Source: Podarcis bocagei (lineage: Eukaryota). From it: a stretch of 64,000 nt of DNA. Shown in pieces: positions 35,233 to 48,443 of this stretch. Both the position numbers and the translations under genes were made by a program. Under the pieces are notes generated by a model that was not told the origin of the DNA, ran no database searches, and saw only the letters and a list, made by a program, of their open reading frames with translations. Location: NCBI GenBank assembly GCA_964188305.1, contig OZ076902.1. The stretch is one strand, 5' to 3'. Each line of letters starts with the position of its first letter. Position 1 is the stretch's first letter.

Positions 35233-35489
35233 CTGCGAAGAAAAGCAAATAGTTATTATGAGTAGTGTCATTCATTTGGTGTACTAGTTACTTGCCACAT
35301 AAGCTGCCTAAATAAGCACATCATAAAGGTGGAATGAAGCTGCCAAAGGAAAACAGGAAAGGAATATTTTGCTCAGTGTTGTGCAGATGCCCTGGAAAAA
35401 TGAGAGAACGGAAGTGTGGCCAGTGCAGAAGCAGCCTCATCCTTCAAAGCTGCTTTGCACTCAGACTGCAATGTCCCAGGGGTCTCTTT

Positions 35490-35748
35490 ACCTTTTTAAA
35501 AGAGGGTTAGACAAATTCATGGGGGAGGATTAGGCTATCAGTGGCTTACTAGCCATAATGGCTATGCTCTACCTCCATAGCTGGAGGCTGTATGCCTGTG
35601 AACAACTTGCTAGAAACCACAGGAGAGTGCTCTTCTGCTTGAATCCTGCTTGCAGGTTTCCCCCACAGGTAGTTGGCCACTGTGAGAATAGGACACTGGA
35701 CTAGAAGGGCCAATGGCCTGCTCCAGTATGCTCTCGTTATGTTCATAT
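35490..35748 (+). mobile_element. Old CR1-clade LINE 3' end
   Basis: TTTAAAAGAGGGTTAGACAAATTCATG (FKRGLDKFM) plus a 3'UTR ending TTATGTTCATATG. Confidence 0.75.
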
Positions 35749-36654
35749 GCAGTGCTCAATCAGAAAATGGAAAAAAAAATGAATGTTCCTTTCCCCCCCT
35801 CAAGACAAAAAGAAGCTAATGGTACCTTTAAAAAAATAGCATGTTAGAACAATGAGAAGCCCCCAAGATCCTATGCCCCTCTAGTTTTGTTTCTTGGGGC
35901 TTCTCTCATGCCTGGAGCTTAGCCAAATGCAGACCCTCACAAAAGACATGTTTGCTGAAGTTATTCCAACCAGGGCTGGCTGTCAAAGACAACAGTTCTT
36001 GTGAGAGGAAATAAACAACCAACGCAACTAATGTGAATCAGCCTTGAGGCTGGAATTCTGGAGTTCCTGGTCTTGGTTACAGGAGACAACAGTGTATCAT
36101 TGCTCTGACTGGGGCATCTCTCTCCCTCTCTCTGCATCTGTAGGGAGGAGGGCTGCAAGATAAGTCACATTGTGGTACGGGAATTGGCTCTCAAGGTTGT
36201 AAGGAACTGCAGTTTGGCTGAGCCTTAAGGCCTCCCAAGTTTAATCTTTTTGTTCCTGTTAAACCTTGGCATTTGCACATAGGAGTGTGAGGTGTGACCT
36301 TGTATCATCTGCTCCGAGGAGGAGGCTGGGAACCAGCCACTGGCTGGGTTTATTGGGTCCACCTCCCCCCCCCCCCCCGCTTCCTCATCCCAAGGAGTGG
36401 ATTTGCAAATCAATTCCGTAATGGGAAGGTTTCTGATAAAGGAATTATGTTTCTTCAAAGGATTTGTCACCAAGTCACTGAAGCAAACACATTTCCCCTT
36501 CTGCACTGGATGTACGATCCTGGCTCTAGGGAGAGATTTTGCTGAGTGAGAATTCAAACTGCGAGGAGGGGAGAGGAAAACTCCCAAGTAGCTCTTCCCC
36601 CTCCACCTTCCGCCCTTCTGAAAGTAGGCTGGTGGGATCCTGCGGATTAACTAC

Positions 36655-37035
36655 TTTTTGTCATAAGTTCTTATTGATTTTGCATACAATTTAACAAATT
36701 CAATTCAGTTTCCATGCAATATTCCCTTAGCCTTTTGACTTCCCAAGTTCCCTTCCTTACTTCCATGATGTTTCTGTTCAAATCCTTTTATCTACTATCT
36801 CAAAAATAATACTTATTTCTATAACATATATTTCACATTACATGCCTTTATCATTTTCTCATTCCTTTGCCTATATTTCCAGACCTGCCTGTGATTTCAT
36901 TTGACTGTAATATATTCTCACATAATCCGAAAGGGATCTTGACACTTCCACAAACAATTTCGTCCTTTTGGTCTCTTATTTTTGCCATCAATTTTACCAT
37001 CTCCATATAGTCCAATATATTAATCCATATTTTGT
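36655..37035 (-). mobile_element. L1-clade LINE 3' fragment
   Basis: Minus strand reads WINILDYMEMVKLMAKIRDQKDE, related to the C-terminus at 42090, followed by an AT-rich 3'UTR. Confidence 0.65.
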
Positions 37036-37077
37036 ATTTATGCTAACAGCAATATGGTTTGTGTCAGTTCCATACTA

Positions 37078-37335
37078 CAGCTGCAACCGAAATTATTCAA
37101 CCCCCATTGCAAATCAGGTGAAATTCAGCTGAAAAAGCAACTTATACTGGCTTCTCCAGTCTCACTCTGAGTTGCATTTTCAGCTGATTTTGGAGGAAAC
37201 TGCTTGAAGCATCTGTTGTGTGGAGCTATTTCCATTGCTTTTGTGTGATTTGTTCATTGCAAACAGCTGAAAGACTGAAAAAATTGATAATAAACCTGTT
37301 TTGCAATGGGGGTTGAATAATTTCGGTTGCAATTG
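37078..37335. mobile_element. Tc1-like MITE
   Basis: ~42-bp TIR CAGCTGCAACCGAAATTATTCAACCCCCATTGCAAATCAGGT and its near-perfect inverse at the right end; flanks TA and CA. Confidence 0.85.
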
Positions 37336-37962
37336 CATGTGGTGCCTGAGACAGGGTATCCGAACTACACTGCTGGTCACACTGAAAAACTCTCCTGCCC
37401 CATTGCAAAGTGTCCTAATGCAGTTCCCATTCATTTCAATGGGACCAAGTGCCATTTCAAGCAGTTGCTCAGCTTATGCTACCAAGGACACATGTCTGTG
37501 TGCTTCTCCCTCAATGGGGCTATCTCTGGACTGAGACACCTCCATCTCCCTGTCCTGCCATGCTGGAAAGCAGCAGCTTCACAGCACCAAGTCCTAGGAT
37601 GGCTTTCGGGCCTCAGCACCTACAAAAGGGAAATTTCCCTGCTTCAGCCAGAACAAGGCTCTTCCCTCTGCTTAAGTGTTCTGGAACAGCCTCTTACCCT
37701 CTTCCGGCTGATGAGATAGATGTAAACACTTTGAAGGAAGGAGAAGATGAATAAATGGAATGCAAGAGGAGGTGGCCCTTCAGATATCCTGGCCCAAGGC
37801 CAGTTGAGAATGAGAGAGAAGCAGCCCCATTAAGGCCCCCACCCAGCTGTGGATGCATCTGCAGAGGCTAGATTGGGGCGTTACATTTTAATTTGCACAA
37901 ACTGACACACTACTATTACTTCCTCTGACATGGAAATGTGGTCTTTTAATGAAGCCTAAAAC

Positions 37963-38278
37963 AGCGCTGTATAAACCACAGAGCCTAGGGCTTGCTGATC
38001 AGAAGGTCGGCGGTTCGAATCCCTGCAATGGGGGTGAGCTTCCGTTGCTCGGTCCTTGCTCCTGCCAACCTAGCAGTTCGAAAGCATGTCAAAATGCAAG
38101 TAGATAAATAGGTACCACTCTGGTGGGAAGGTAAACTGCGTTTCTGTGCACTGCTCTGGTTCGCCAGAAGCGGCTTAGTCATGCTGGCCACATGACCTGG
38201 AAGCTGTATACTGGCTCCCTCAGCCAATAAAGTGAGATGAGCGACTGGACCTAACAGTCAGGGGTCCCTTTACCTTTA
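37963..38278 (+). mobile_element. Sauria SINE
   Basis: Canonical body and tail; TSD CCTAAAAC (37955-37962, 38279-38286). Confidence 0.9.
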
Positions 38279-38286
38279 CCTAAAAC

Positions 38287-40330
38287 CTCATTAGCCTCTG
38301 TTTTTTTTGCAGTGGCATCACACTGCCAGCTCATACACAACTTATCACTGACAGCAATCCCAAGAATCTCAAGCCAGGTATCCCCCCATCCTTGTGCAGA
38401 TTTGAGCCCCGCACCCCAGCGCAGAAGTTTGCATTCATCTCTGTTGATGCGTTTTGTTGGTTTCGGCCCAGCTTTTCCATCCCAACAAGGTCGGTTTGCA
38501 TTGTGTTCCCATCTTCTTAGAGGTTTGTTACCCCTTTCAGTTTTGGGTCATCCACAAATCTCATAAAGATTCCCTCTACCCATTCATCTAACACAATGAT
38601 AAAGGACTGAACATAAGGAGAGTCTGTTACGGGGGTTCTGTCCAGCCCAGTATCCTGTTCTCACAGTAGCTAACCAAGTGTCCCCATGGGAAGTGCACAA
38701 GCAGTTCCTGACTCAAGACAGAGCCCAGCACCTGCCCCCCCCGTCCTAACCTCCCTCTGGTTGGGTGAGGAACCACTAATGAGCACTCCCAGAGGACTAT
38801 TTTCCATCCATCCAGAGCTGGCCCAGCCATTAGGCAGCATGAGGCTGCTGCTTCAGATGGCAGAAGCCCCCCATGCAACACACCCATGGGTTCTCCATTA
38901 CCTCCACCAACGGTGGAGGAGAACTGCCACCATCAGCGCCAATACTGGGCAAGATCACATCCGTTTGGGGTGAGATCTCACCCCAAATCAGTTTGATCTT
39001 TTCAAATGGGTGGTGGTGGTGGTGCTTCACCAGCAGCAGCAGATGCAGGAGGGCACATGGCAGTGGCAGGAGCAGGAGCAGCAAGGTAGGTGGTGGTAGG
39101 AACTGCAAGATAAAGCAGCACAGCCTGTTTCACCTCAAGCGGCAAAACAGAACACACCACCCCCTGCATCCAGCTGCGAATCCACTTTGCAATCTAGTAT
39201 CATTCAGCCAATTTGCTAAGCAAGATATCATGGTAGACTTTGTCAAATTCTTGGCTGAAGTCAAGATAACTTATGTTCACAACATTCCCACAATCCACTA
39301 AACTAGTACAGTGGTACCTCACAGGTACATTCCCACAATCCACTAAACTAGTACAGTGGTACCTCAGGTTACATACGCTTCAGGTTACATACGCTTCAGG
39401 TTACAGACTCTGCTAACCCAGAAATATTACCTCAGGTTAAGAACTTTGCTTCAGGATGAGAACAGAAATTGGGCTCCGGCGGTGCGGCAGCAGCAGGAGG
39501 CCCCATTAGCTAAAGTGGTGCTTCAGGTTAAGAACAGTTTCAGGTTAAGTACGGACCTCCGGAACGAATTAAGTACTTAACCTGAGGTACCACTGTAAAT
39601 TGATTTCTTTTAAAAGAAAGAGAGAAAGAGATTATTAGTCTGACACATTTGTCTCTCCCTAATCTCTGTATTGCTAATCAAGAGCACACCTTTATAAGCT
39701 GTTCTGCCTCCCCCTCCCTCCATTATTGAAGTCAGATTGACCAGTTTCTCAGCTCATCCTTTCTGAAGACAACACTTGCTGGTCTTCAGTCCATGCTTTT
39801 CAGAAAGGACCCAGAGATCCTCAAGAGTACACCAGCAGTTTCTTTAATACCATAGGATGCCATTCACCTAGCCCTGAAGACCAGTGTTCATTCAAAGGTG
39901 TTGCCAGACCGACTCATTCTCAGTCTAGAACAGCAATTCTGGCCCTAAACCGGTTGGGCAACTTACTGGGGGAAGACTGTATTCAGCTCCCCTCTGCTTG
40001 TTCATCCATTAACATTTCCTCCTCCTTCCTGAGCAGGGGGGCTCACCACGGCCTTCCGGTTGCTTTGGATAGTCTTGCAAAGGACTTTTTGCTGCTCTAA
40101 ACATCTCAATTCTGACCTTTTGCTGTTGCCCCTACTGCCACCATTTTTCTTTCTCACTGAAATGGTTTGCAGCTGCACTTTTCCTTAACTCCATCTTCAA
40201 CAATTCTGCACTGTAGGACCCTACATAGCATTTGTCTGAGCTTATTAAAAGCAGCTTTCCTGAAAAGAAAGGGGGCAGTTTAGGCTTCACTCACCTTTGA
40301 CTTTATGAAAGATCACAAATTCTAACACCA
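38287..40330 (-). mobile_element. Ancient, fragmented CR1 ORF2 (reverse transcriptase region) interrupted by later insertions
   Basis: Minus-strand remnants of F(A)DD(T)K (~38550), YLDFS.(K).FDKV.HD (~39250) and (R)PVSLTS-like (~39740) motifs. Confidence 0.6.
39354..39595 (+). mobile_element. Tigger/pogo-like MITE, family A
   Basis: TA|CAGTGGTACCTCAGGTTA ... TAACCTGAGGTACCACTG|TA; perfect 18-bp TIR. Confidence 0.92.
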
Positions 40331-41240
40331 CACCATCACTTCCCCCCAAAGTCCCTACTACTGTCATCTCAACAAATCTTCACCAGACATGTCGCATCAC
40401 CCACCAGTCTCACAAAAGCACGATCTCTTTGCCCAGGCTTTCCCTGACCCACAAGACCCGGCCCTGCCATTAAAAAAAACCCTTGTGTTGTTGTTTTTTA
40501 TAATACTACTTTACTGGATTTTACTTTGCTGTTTTTATTACACTGTTCTATTGTTTACATGTCATGTTTTTTGCATACCGCTTAGAGGGCTTTAAATAGT
40601 AAATAGTTTAGAAATGTTTTCAAGTGGGTCAGTGTGCCAGCTTTCAAATTCCTCAGAATTCTCCATCAGGCTAATTATTAAAAACAAGAAAACCAAAGGG
40701 GATGGGAGCAGGAAGAAAAAACCTGTTAGTTCAGCCATCTTAAACACTTATCTGACATAGACCTGGATAAACAGCCTGGCTTACACCAACAGTCTTCCCC
40801 ACCCCCAACTCCCTTCATAGTTTTTATCATCCAGCCTGAGGGAGAGTCGTGGGGAACACCATGTTATGATGTTTTGGCATTGCCCTCATCTGGACTTTGG
40901 CACGCTCCAACCTGGTTATTGCAAGTTACATGAGAAACAAGGCAGGGTTCCAACTACTTGAGGAGTGAAAGTCTAGAAGAATTGCAAGAAGATTACCTCA
41001 GAGGTGGGGCTGAAGGCTGGCCCTCCACCACTGCCCACATGGCCATGCGCTACACAAACACAACTGTAACACATGAATAGGTACTCACTTATCTAACAGC
41101 TCTCACTGGTAGTCAGCGTTAGAAACTCAGGTATATAATGTGATTGCCAAATGACACCTTAAACCTAGGCTGCGGCTGCCACAATAGAATGTCTAGGAAC
41201 CATCCCCCCCCCATGGGATTTATTCTTATTTTTACTGTTA

Positions 41241-41483
41241 CAGTCATACCTCATGTTACATCCACTTCATGTTACGTTCCTTCAGGTTACGTCCCGCGGT
41301 GACCCGGAAGTACTGGAAAGGGTTACTTCCGGGTTTCGTCGCTCGCGCATGCGCAGAAGTGCAAAATGACATCATGCGCAGAAGTGGCGAATTACAACCC
41401 GTGCATGCGCAGACACGCCACTGTGGGTTGCGTTCTTTTCATGTTGCGAACGGGCCTCCCGTTCGCAACCAGAGGTAACACTG
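41241..41483. mobile_element. Tigger/pogo-like MITE, family D
   Basis: TA|CAGTCATACCTC ... GAGGTAACACTG|TA; internal ACCCGGAAGTA/TACTTCCGGGT inverted repeat and CATGCGCAGA repeats. Confidence 0.78.
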
Positions 41484-41744
41484 TATTCATTCATTCATTC
41501 ATTTCATTTCTATACCAATTTATATTTTAAAGAACAAATCTCCAAGCAGTTTACGACACGTTAAGACGTCAAATAAAGCAATCCAGAATAAAATTAACTT
41601 AGGGGAAATATCTCAGGTCCTTCTCTAAGTGACATTTTGCTTTCTCCAGTCACCAGTCTGGCACCCAGAGATCTCCATGTGGTCGCAACTGGACTCGCAC
41701 CAGTCGCAAAAATGCGCCTGGCTAATTTCGAACACCGCTGGTAG

Positions 41745-42055
41745 CGCTTCCTCACAGTGCGCAGCAAAACTGTGGAAATCGCTCCCACGGGAGGAAGCAA
41801 TGGCTACCAACTTGGATGGTTTTAAAAGAGGATTTGACAAATTCACAGGGGAGAGGGCTATCAATATATACTAGCCATGGTGACTGTACTCTGCCTCCAC
41901 AGTCAGAGGCAGCAATGCTTCTAAATCCCAGTCACTGAAAACTCCAGGGCGGGAGAGTGCTCTTGTGCATGAATCCTGCCTGCAGGTTTCCCAGAAGTTG
42001 CATCTGGTTGGCCACTGTGAGAACTGGCCTGGCCCAGCAAGCTCTTCTTGTGTAT
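41745..42055 (+). mobile_element. Old CR1-clade LINE 3' end
   Basis: ORF 41629-41874 ends KLWKSLPREEAMATNLDGFKRGFDKFTGERAINIY*, followed by the same 3'UTR as 35490. Confidence 0.78.
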
Positions 42056-42089
42056 TTAACGTAGACCACAAAGAAGGGGCCTCAGATGC

Positions 42090-42620
42090 CTGGCAGAATT
42101 CGAGACCTGGGAGAAGAGACGGTGGAAGAGGACTGGAAGAAATTTAAAGACTATCTACAAAAACATTACAAGCTGTATGAATGCTAAGAGAATGCACGAT
42201 AAAAAACAACATGGCATCAGTAACTTAGTTGTAAGATGTATGATTAAGTGATGTTTAAGAAAGTGGTGTAATCTGAGGTAATATTATGCCTAGCTAATCA
42301 GTTTAGTATATGTTAAAAATATTGAAAATTGGGGATATAATATTCGAGAACTACAAATTAAGATTTGAAATAAGGTAATAATTTGCTGCTTGTAACTATA
42401 TAACTGAGAACGCAGGAAAGGGTGATGTGAGGAAGTCCAAAGGTGATGAGAATATGATTAATGGACAAAGTGATCTTGATGTATCTTATTTTCTATTCAT
42501 TCTTTGCTTACTCTCTAAATCTATTCTGTTTTCTTTTGTTTTGTTTTATGGTGATGGTATTGTATATGTTTGTTGGTTTGTTTTGTGTTTAAAAAATGCA
42601 ATAAATAATTTTTTTAAAAA
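42090..42620 (+). mobile_element. 5'-truncated L1-clade LINE
   Basis: 19-bp TSD AAGAAGGGGCCTCAGATGC (42071-42089, 42621-42639); ORF2 end GRIRDLGEETVEEDWKKFKDYLQKHYKLYEC*; AATAAA at 42600 and a short A tail. Confidence 0.88.
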
Positions 42621-43136
42621 AAGAAGGGGCCTCAGATGCTCCTCTTAAAAGTTTGGCGACGGCACATGTTTGATGACTGCATGCGAAGTCAGATGGCGAA
42701 AACAAATTATTCACAGGCCCCGGTGAAATGCTTCTGACCGTGCAAACTGACTCCCCAACTGATGGTGGGTGTTTAGCCCTCACAAAAAGGCTGTTGTTTT
42801 CCTCAGCACAACAGGGCCTCTGATGGTCTCACTCAGGGCTGTTAGCCTCCGTCAAGCTGTTATTTATCTATGAGGGAGGCAGCATGAGGCAGCGGGCAGG
42901 TGGGTCGGGGTTAGTGGCAGGATCAGGTGGGGACACATCAACAGCAATGCTTATCCTGTATGTAAGGGCTGGCAACGCCACGCTTGAAGCCCCATCGCAA
43001 GGAAAGGAACCCAACTGAGTCGTATTGTTTGTCCCTATTTGAGTGCCAGGGACTTACAAAAGGATAAGTAGAGGCTAGTGTTTGTCCAAAGTGGCTCACA
43101 GTCCTGGAATCTGGAAGGATGTGAAGATCTCAGATA

Positions 43137-43274
43137 AGCTCAGTTGGTGGAGCACGAGACTCTTATTCTCAGAGTCATCGGTTTGAGCCACAGTTTGGGC
43201 AAAGGTTTCCTGCGTTGTAGGGGGTTGGACCAGATGACCCTTATGTTCCCTTCCAACGCTACGATTCTGTGGTT
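43137..43274 (+). mobile_element. Short tRNA-Lys-like SINE with CR1 3' tail
   Basis: AGCTCAGTTGGTGGAGCACGAGACTCTTATTCTCAG head; GGGGTTGGACCAGATGACC...CCCTTCCAAC tail. Confidence 0.75.
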
Positions 43275-43456
43275 AACTCATGCTAGCACTGGAGCCAGCA
43301 GGACAAAGGGAGAGTTCGCCCACCCAGTCCCCACCCAGGGACAAGACTGGCACGTGATGATTTGCATGGGCTGTCCTCAGACTATACAGAAATAGCATGA
43401 CATGAGGAGCATCACAGAAATGTAGAGTTGGGAGAAACCCAATGGATCATCTAGTC

Positions 43457-43592
43457 CAGTGTTAATCAACCTTGGGTCCCCAGATGTTGTTGGACTACAA
43501 CTCCTATCATCCCTGTGCTCTGGCCTTGCTAGCTAGGGATGATGGGAGTTGTAGTTCAACAACATCTGGGGACCCAAAGTTGAGAAAGGCTG
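43457..43592. mobile_element. Palindromic hAT MITE inserted in a CR1 tail
   Basis: Long inverted arms (TTGGGTCCCCAGATGTTGTTG / CAACAACATCTGGGGACCCAA); perfect 8-bp TSD ATCTAGTC (43449-43456, 43593-43600). Confidence 0.88.
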
Positions 43593-46174
43593 ATCTAGTC
43601 CAACCCCCTGCAGCACAGGACTCAAATACAGGAATCAAAGCATCAGAGCAGCTCATCATCTTTCCCTGCCAAAGCATGCTTAAGTAAGCCTTTGGGATGG
43701 GCCACCTTGGAATGATCTCCCCTCTCTCCCTCTGGCATTAGCCCAGAGCCCCCCAAAACACACCCACAGGAGATTGCATAAGGCATCCACAGGATGCCTC
43801 ATGGACAGCTGGCTGCACCCACGCTCCAGGAACTGATTTGGCTGCCTTCGTCCAACAACTAGAGAGAGACACGGTTCTCATCTCCGGATGACTCTCTCCC
43901 TGAGGAAAGAGCAGAGCTCCTCTCCACCAACCTGTCAGCACAAACAGCAGCAAAATGAAACCCACCAAATTAGCACCTCAGGTACCTCTTGCAGAAGGGC
44001 ACAGCATGACCCACCCGGCTGAGCTGCTCCAGTCTTCCACCTGGTCCAGATTTTGGGTGGTTCCTTTGCACCTCTCACTCTAAGCATTTTCAGTTTTCTA
44101 TTCTCCCTCCTCCCCATCTCCACAAATCCCTCAGGGTCCATTCCCTTCTGCCTTTGACCCACAACAGCTCCAAATGTGTTTTTTGTCAGCCTGAGATGAA
44201 CGACACCATGCAGTGAACCTGGCACAGCCTGGCATTTGGCACGCAACCCACAACAGGCACTTTTAGGACCCCTGAGTGCAAGAAACGGGTCAAGGCTTAG
44301 CTCAACATGCAGGCAGTCACCTTCACTTGACTGGCTCATCCCATGACACTGTGGGCAAACATCAGCAAGGGACCGAACTTGCTGCAAGCCCGCAGTCATC
44401 AGTCTGGGGCTGTCCAGCTGTTTTGGACTACGACTCCCATCAGCCCCCACAAAGACCCATAGAATTGGAAAGTTGGAAGGGAACCCTGACAGTCATCTAG
44501 TCCAATGTCTTGCAATGCAGGAATCTCAACACATGCCCCTCCATCATATTGGACCCGGCTTAGCTTTGCAAGTGTGCTAGCAGTTTTACTGTTGCACCAC
44601 TAGAAGGACATCATATGGCTGTGCTGGCAGGGGCTGATGGGAGCTGTGCTGTAGTCCAAAGCAGCTGGATGGCACTAGTTTGGGGATGGCTGAGCTAGAC
44701 CTACTGAGAGACCTCCATCACCCTGCTCCTCCTCCTCCTCCACGAATCTCTTAAACCTCCTTTTAAAGCCATCCCAGTCAGTGGACATTGGTCCATCCTG
44801 TTTGATGTTGCTGATAGGAACATACCCATGATATTAATCCATTGGCAGAGGAGGGAATAATGCAGACATCACCCTCGCAGAAAACCAACCATCCTGACAC
44901 TGTATTCAAAATTCATCTGTCATCAAATTCTGATTTATGATGGGTTGTATACAGTGATAGTAAGTATAGACCTGCTGAAATTAATGGGTGTGAATAATTT
45001 AGGTCCATTGATTTCAATGGGTCTACTTTGAGTATCAGTGGAATATTGTTGTTTTCATGGCTTGTTTTAACATTTCGTCGATTCCCCCCCCCCAATGTTT
45101 GGCTGGACAGTTTAGATTCCCCCCCCAAATAAGTAATAAATCACATTATTAAGACATCTGCTTAATACAGGATCGCAAACTCTTGCACGTACCTCAGATC
45201 TAAACTTTCAAGGCTGTGTTTAGCAGGTTTAATTGAGTTTCGGTTGATTCTTTTTTCAAAAGTCAAGCATCACTAACTAAAATCTTGCACCTTAACTTGC
45301 GTTCCTCCTACAGGTTTGTTTGGCCTAAGCACGGCCTCTGGGAGATGACACGGCCATGAACTGGAGGTAGTAGCAGAGGGGAAAAATCTTCCTCCTGCAG
45401 GTGACAAGCTCTGAATTTAATAGGGCGGCTGGGCAGAGGAGGCAGCCTGAATAAATAATGTACAAAGCTGCTTCCAGCTGGCCGCCTGTAATGCAACCCG
45501 CCCCCCGGCCTGCTGGCCCAGCACAGATCCGGTCGCTGGCAGACATGGTGTGGTCGAAGTCTTCCCCTTTTAGTAGCCCTTCCTGCTTCCATCAGCATTC
45601 AAGAGGTGGCACAGGTCCTCCTCTGCAGCTGAAAGGTCCATTCTGCCCAGGAGCTCAGGTGGCAGAAGCAGAAAGCCACCACTCCAGCAGAAAGGAAGCC
45701 TAGGGGTTGGAATGGCGCTCTGCAGAGGGGGAAGGGATGAGTGGTCTCTCCTGCAGGGGAAACAGCTCTAGGGAGTGGAAGCAGGAGGAGAGCAATAACC
45801 CTAGAGACGCCAGCCCTACTGTGGCTGCAGCCCCAGGCAGGGAAGTCCAGGACAGGCTGATCCCTGAGCTCTGCTCCACTTTGCCCCCAAACCTCTGGTC
45901 AAGTGCCTGGCAGCCAGCCGTGGGCGAGGGGAGGCTGGCTCTCACCTCTCAGCTCCGCAGCCAGGGCGGAGGCAGTGCTGTGTGGAGCAGGAAACTGCAG
46001 AACCCTGGTATTTATTTATGCCCAGATTTCCAAGGCTTTAAAAAGCTTGCACAAAGCAGTTTCCTACAAAGCCTCCACGGTGAGAGTACAGTTTCAAAAC
46101 AAGAGAGCTCTTAACGCCGTGAGAGCAACAGCAGCTTGAAAACGGGCGTCTGAGAAAAACACCACAATCCATTA

Positions 46175-46570
46175 TCAAAAAAGCCTTCCAAAACAGGAAG
46201 GTTTTCAGAACACGCTTGGAAAACAGGAAGGGAGGGGGCTTGGCTAATCTCCCCAGAGAACGAGTGCCACAATCAAGGGGCCACCATGGAAAAGGGTCTG
46301 CTGCTGCCTGGTACTGGTAGAACCAAGAGAAGCAGGAGTTGGATAGGCTCATGAGGGCATGTTGATGGTACCTGAGATGACAACTTAGGATCAGCACTTG
46401 AAACAGAGGCCAGAAGTGATTTGTTAGCGAATGCAACTGATGGAAAAAAATAGGTGTGCTATGGATGCACCACCTCACTACTGCGAACACTCTGGCAGTC
46501 ATGTTCAGAACAGGCTGTATATCTTCATCGAGAGTAGCAGGAAAGGCTCTCTGCAGTACCTCCACCTCAT
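46175..46570 (-). mobile_element. Degraded L2-like LINE ORF2 3' fragment
   Basis: ORF 46038-46661 keeps echoes of the L2 C-terminus (H.TPI...LH.L......FQVL). Confidence 0.45.
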
Positions 46571-48443
46571 CTAGATTAATTTCCAGTTGGTTTGCCCCCC
46601 ATTCAAATCGAACTTGGTTCAAGGTATCTGCTGCCTCCCTGGCAGTGGCTGATGAAAACAAGGAGGCAGAGCTGAGCCGCGACCATTTCAGAACAAACCT
46701 TACCCATTGGTGGCTTCGCGGAAATGTTTAAAAAAGAATGGAGGATAAGGTGAGCCAGCAGGATCCCATAATCCACTATCTCAAGAGCCACTGAGACATC
46801 CAGGGTTGCACTTTCCCTGCTTGTGACTCATTCATTCCCCAAACCAGGGAGTAAACTACATTCCTCCAAAATCACTTTGAGCTGAGAAACCCCCATATGT
46901 TCCAAGACCTTGGCCAAGAATGATAAAATTGTCATTGGACAATGATGGTTAAAAAAAAAAGTTTTATAGGTTGTATGTCTTTGTTTCTCAACTTGATCAT
47001 TTTACAAGGTTTTGTATGTATTTTGGTATTTTATGCATTTGTGACATGCAGTTATTTTTATTGATCATCGTTTAGTAATTATTATAACTGTTAAGCATGA
47101 GTTTCTGTTTAATTATTAATAAATTTGAGAGCTGATTTTGTTGTGTACTATCTTACTATAATATATTATTGAATATTACTTTGATAGAAGTCATTTCATT
47201 TAAAGGAATGTTTTATTATGACTTTGTACTGGATTAGATTATTATAATAAGGTGTGTGTTCTCTGTTGTATATTTTATTGCTGCAAACCGCCTTGCGTAT
47301 AGTAATACAGAAAGGCCGTATACAAATTAAAAGTGAAGTGAAATGAAAAATTAGGGTCTGTGGTGGGTTTCTCTACAGTCTAGGCAGAGGTGCACCGCTG
47401 CCTCCAATCAAGAGACTCAGTTGCCCTGGCTCCCTTCTAAGACAGGAAAGGAAAGAGCCAAGGGATCAAGAGAAAAGTCTCAACCTCCAAGCAGTCTCCC
47501 CCCATCCCCAGGCTTGACAAGCTTAAAGGTCTCCATTAAAAACCTTTGCAGTGGCTGTATCCACCTCCCATTGGAGCAGAAATTATCTGCAAAATGCACT
47601 GACAATTTGCCACAGCAGGCTACAGAGGGCTCAGCAACAGACCTCTCGCCACTGGGAAAAGGGCAGACACAATGTTGGCAGAGGAAAAGGCTTTGTCTGC
47701 CATCACCTGGAGGGCCCTAATACGGACTCCCCACCCCCTACTTTCACTTGCATTAACCCTGAGTCTTCTGCCATTTATACTCCTCGCCACCTAGTCAGCC
47801 ATTTCATTGCCTTTGGCTTCTCAGTCCAAGTGAGGAGCCATGTGCCCTCTACCATTCTAGTGAGGGCATTTAGGAGCGATGCTATTGAGAATTCAGGTTG
47901 TTTCAGAGAGAAGCCGTGGCCAGATGTTTCAGCGAGAAACTGTCCCAAAGGACACCAGCAACCACCTGCATTTGTCAACCAGCAAGACTATTCTAAGAGC
48001 CTCTGTAAAACCCTTGCAGAGGGATAAATACATGGAAAATTAGAATGCTATCAATGGCTACCATGACGGTTATGGGAATCGCAAGTGAGGAAACCACTGC
48101 TGGTTCAACTCAGGTCCTGCTTCTGGGCTTCCCTGATTGCCAACTGGACTATATGGGCTCCCTTTGGCCTGACCCAGCTGCTATAGGTCTCTTCTGATGC
48201 ATCAGTGACTTCTACAGTAGTAAAACATACAACAGTAGTGTTGGAAGGCACCACCAGGGTAAATCTAGTCATCCACCCTGTGGTAAAGCAGGAATCTTTT
48301 GCCCAACATGGGGCTTGAACTTATGACTCTAAGAGCCTCATGCTTAACTGACTGAGCTAGCCCAAGTATTTTTCATTCTGGATCTGTGCTTGTGGAATTC
48401 TCCACAGTGCCATAAATGTCAGGTCTATCTCCCTGGTCTTTTA

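Noticed and set aside
46600-46790. Weak resemblance to the region upstream of a DIRS tyrosine recombinase
   Set aside because: Too degenerate to support without a profile search.
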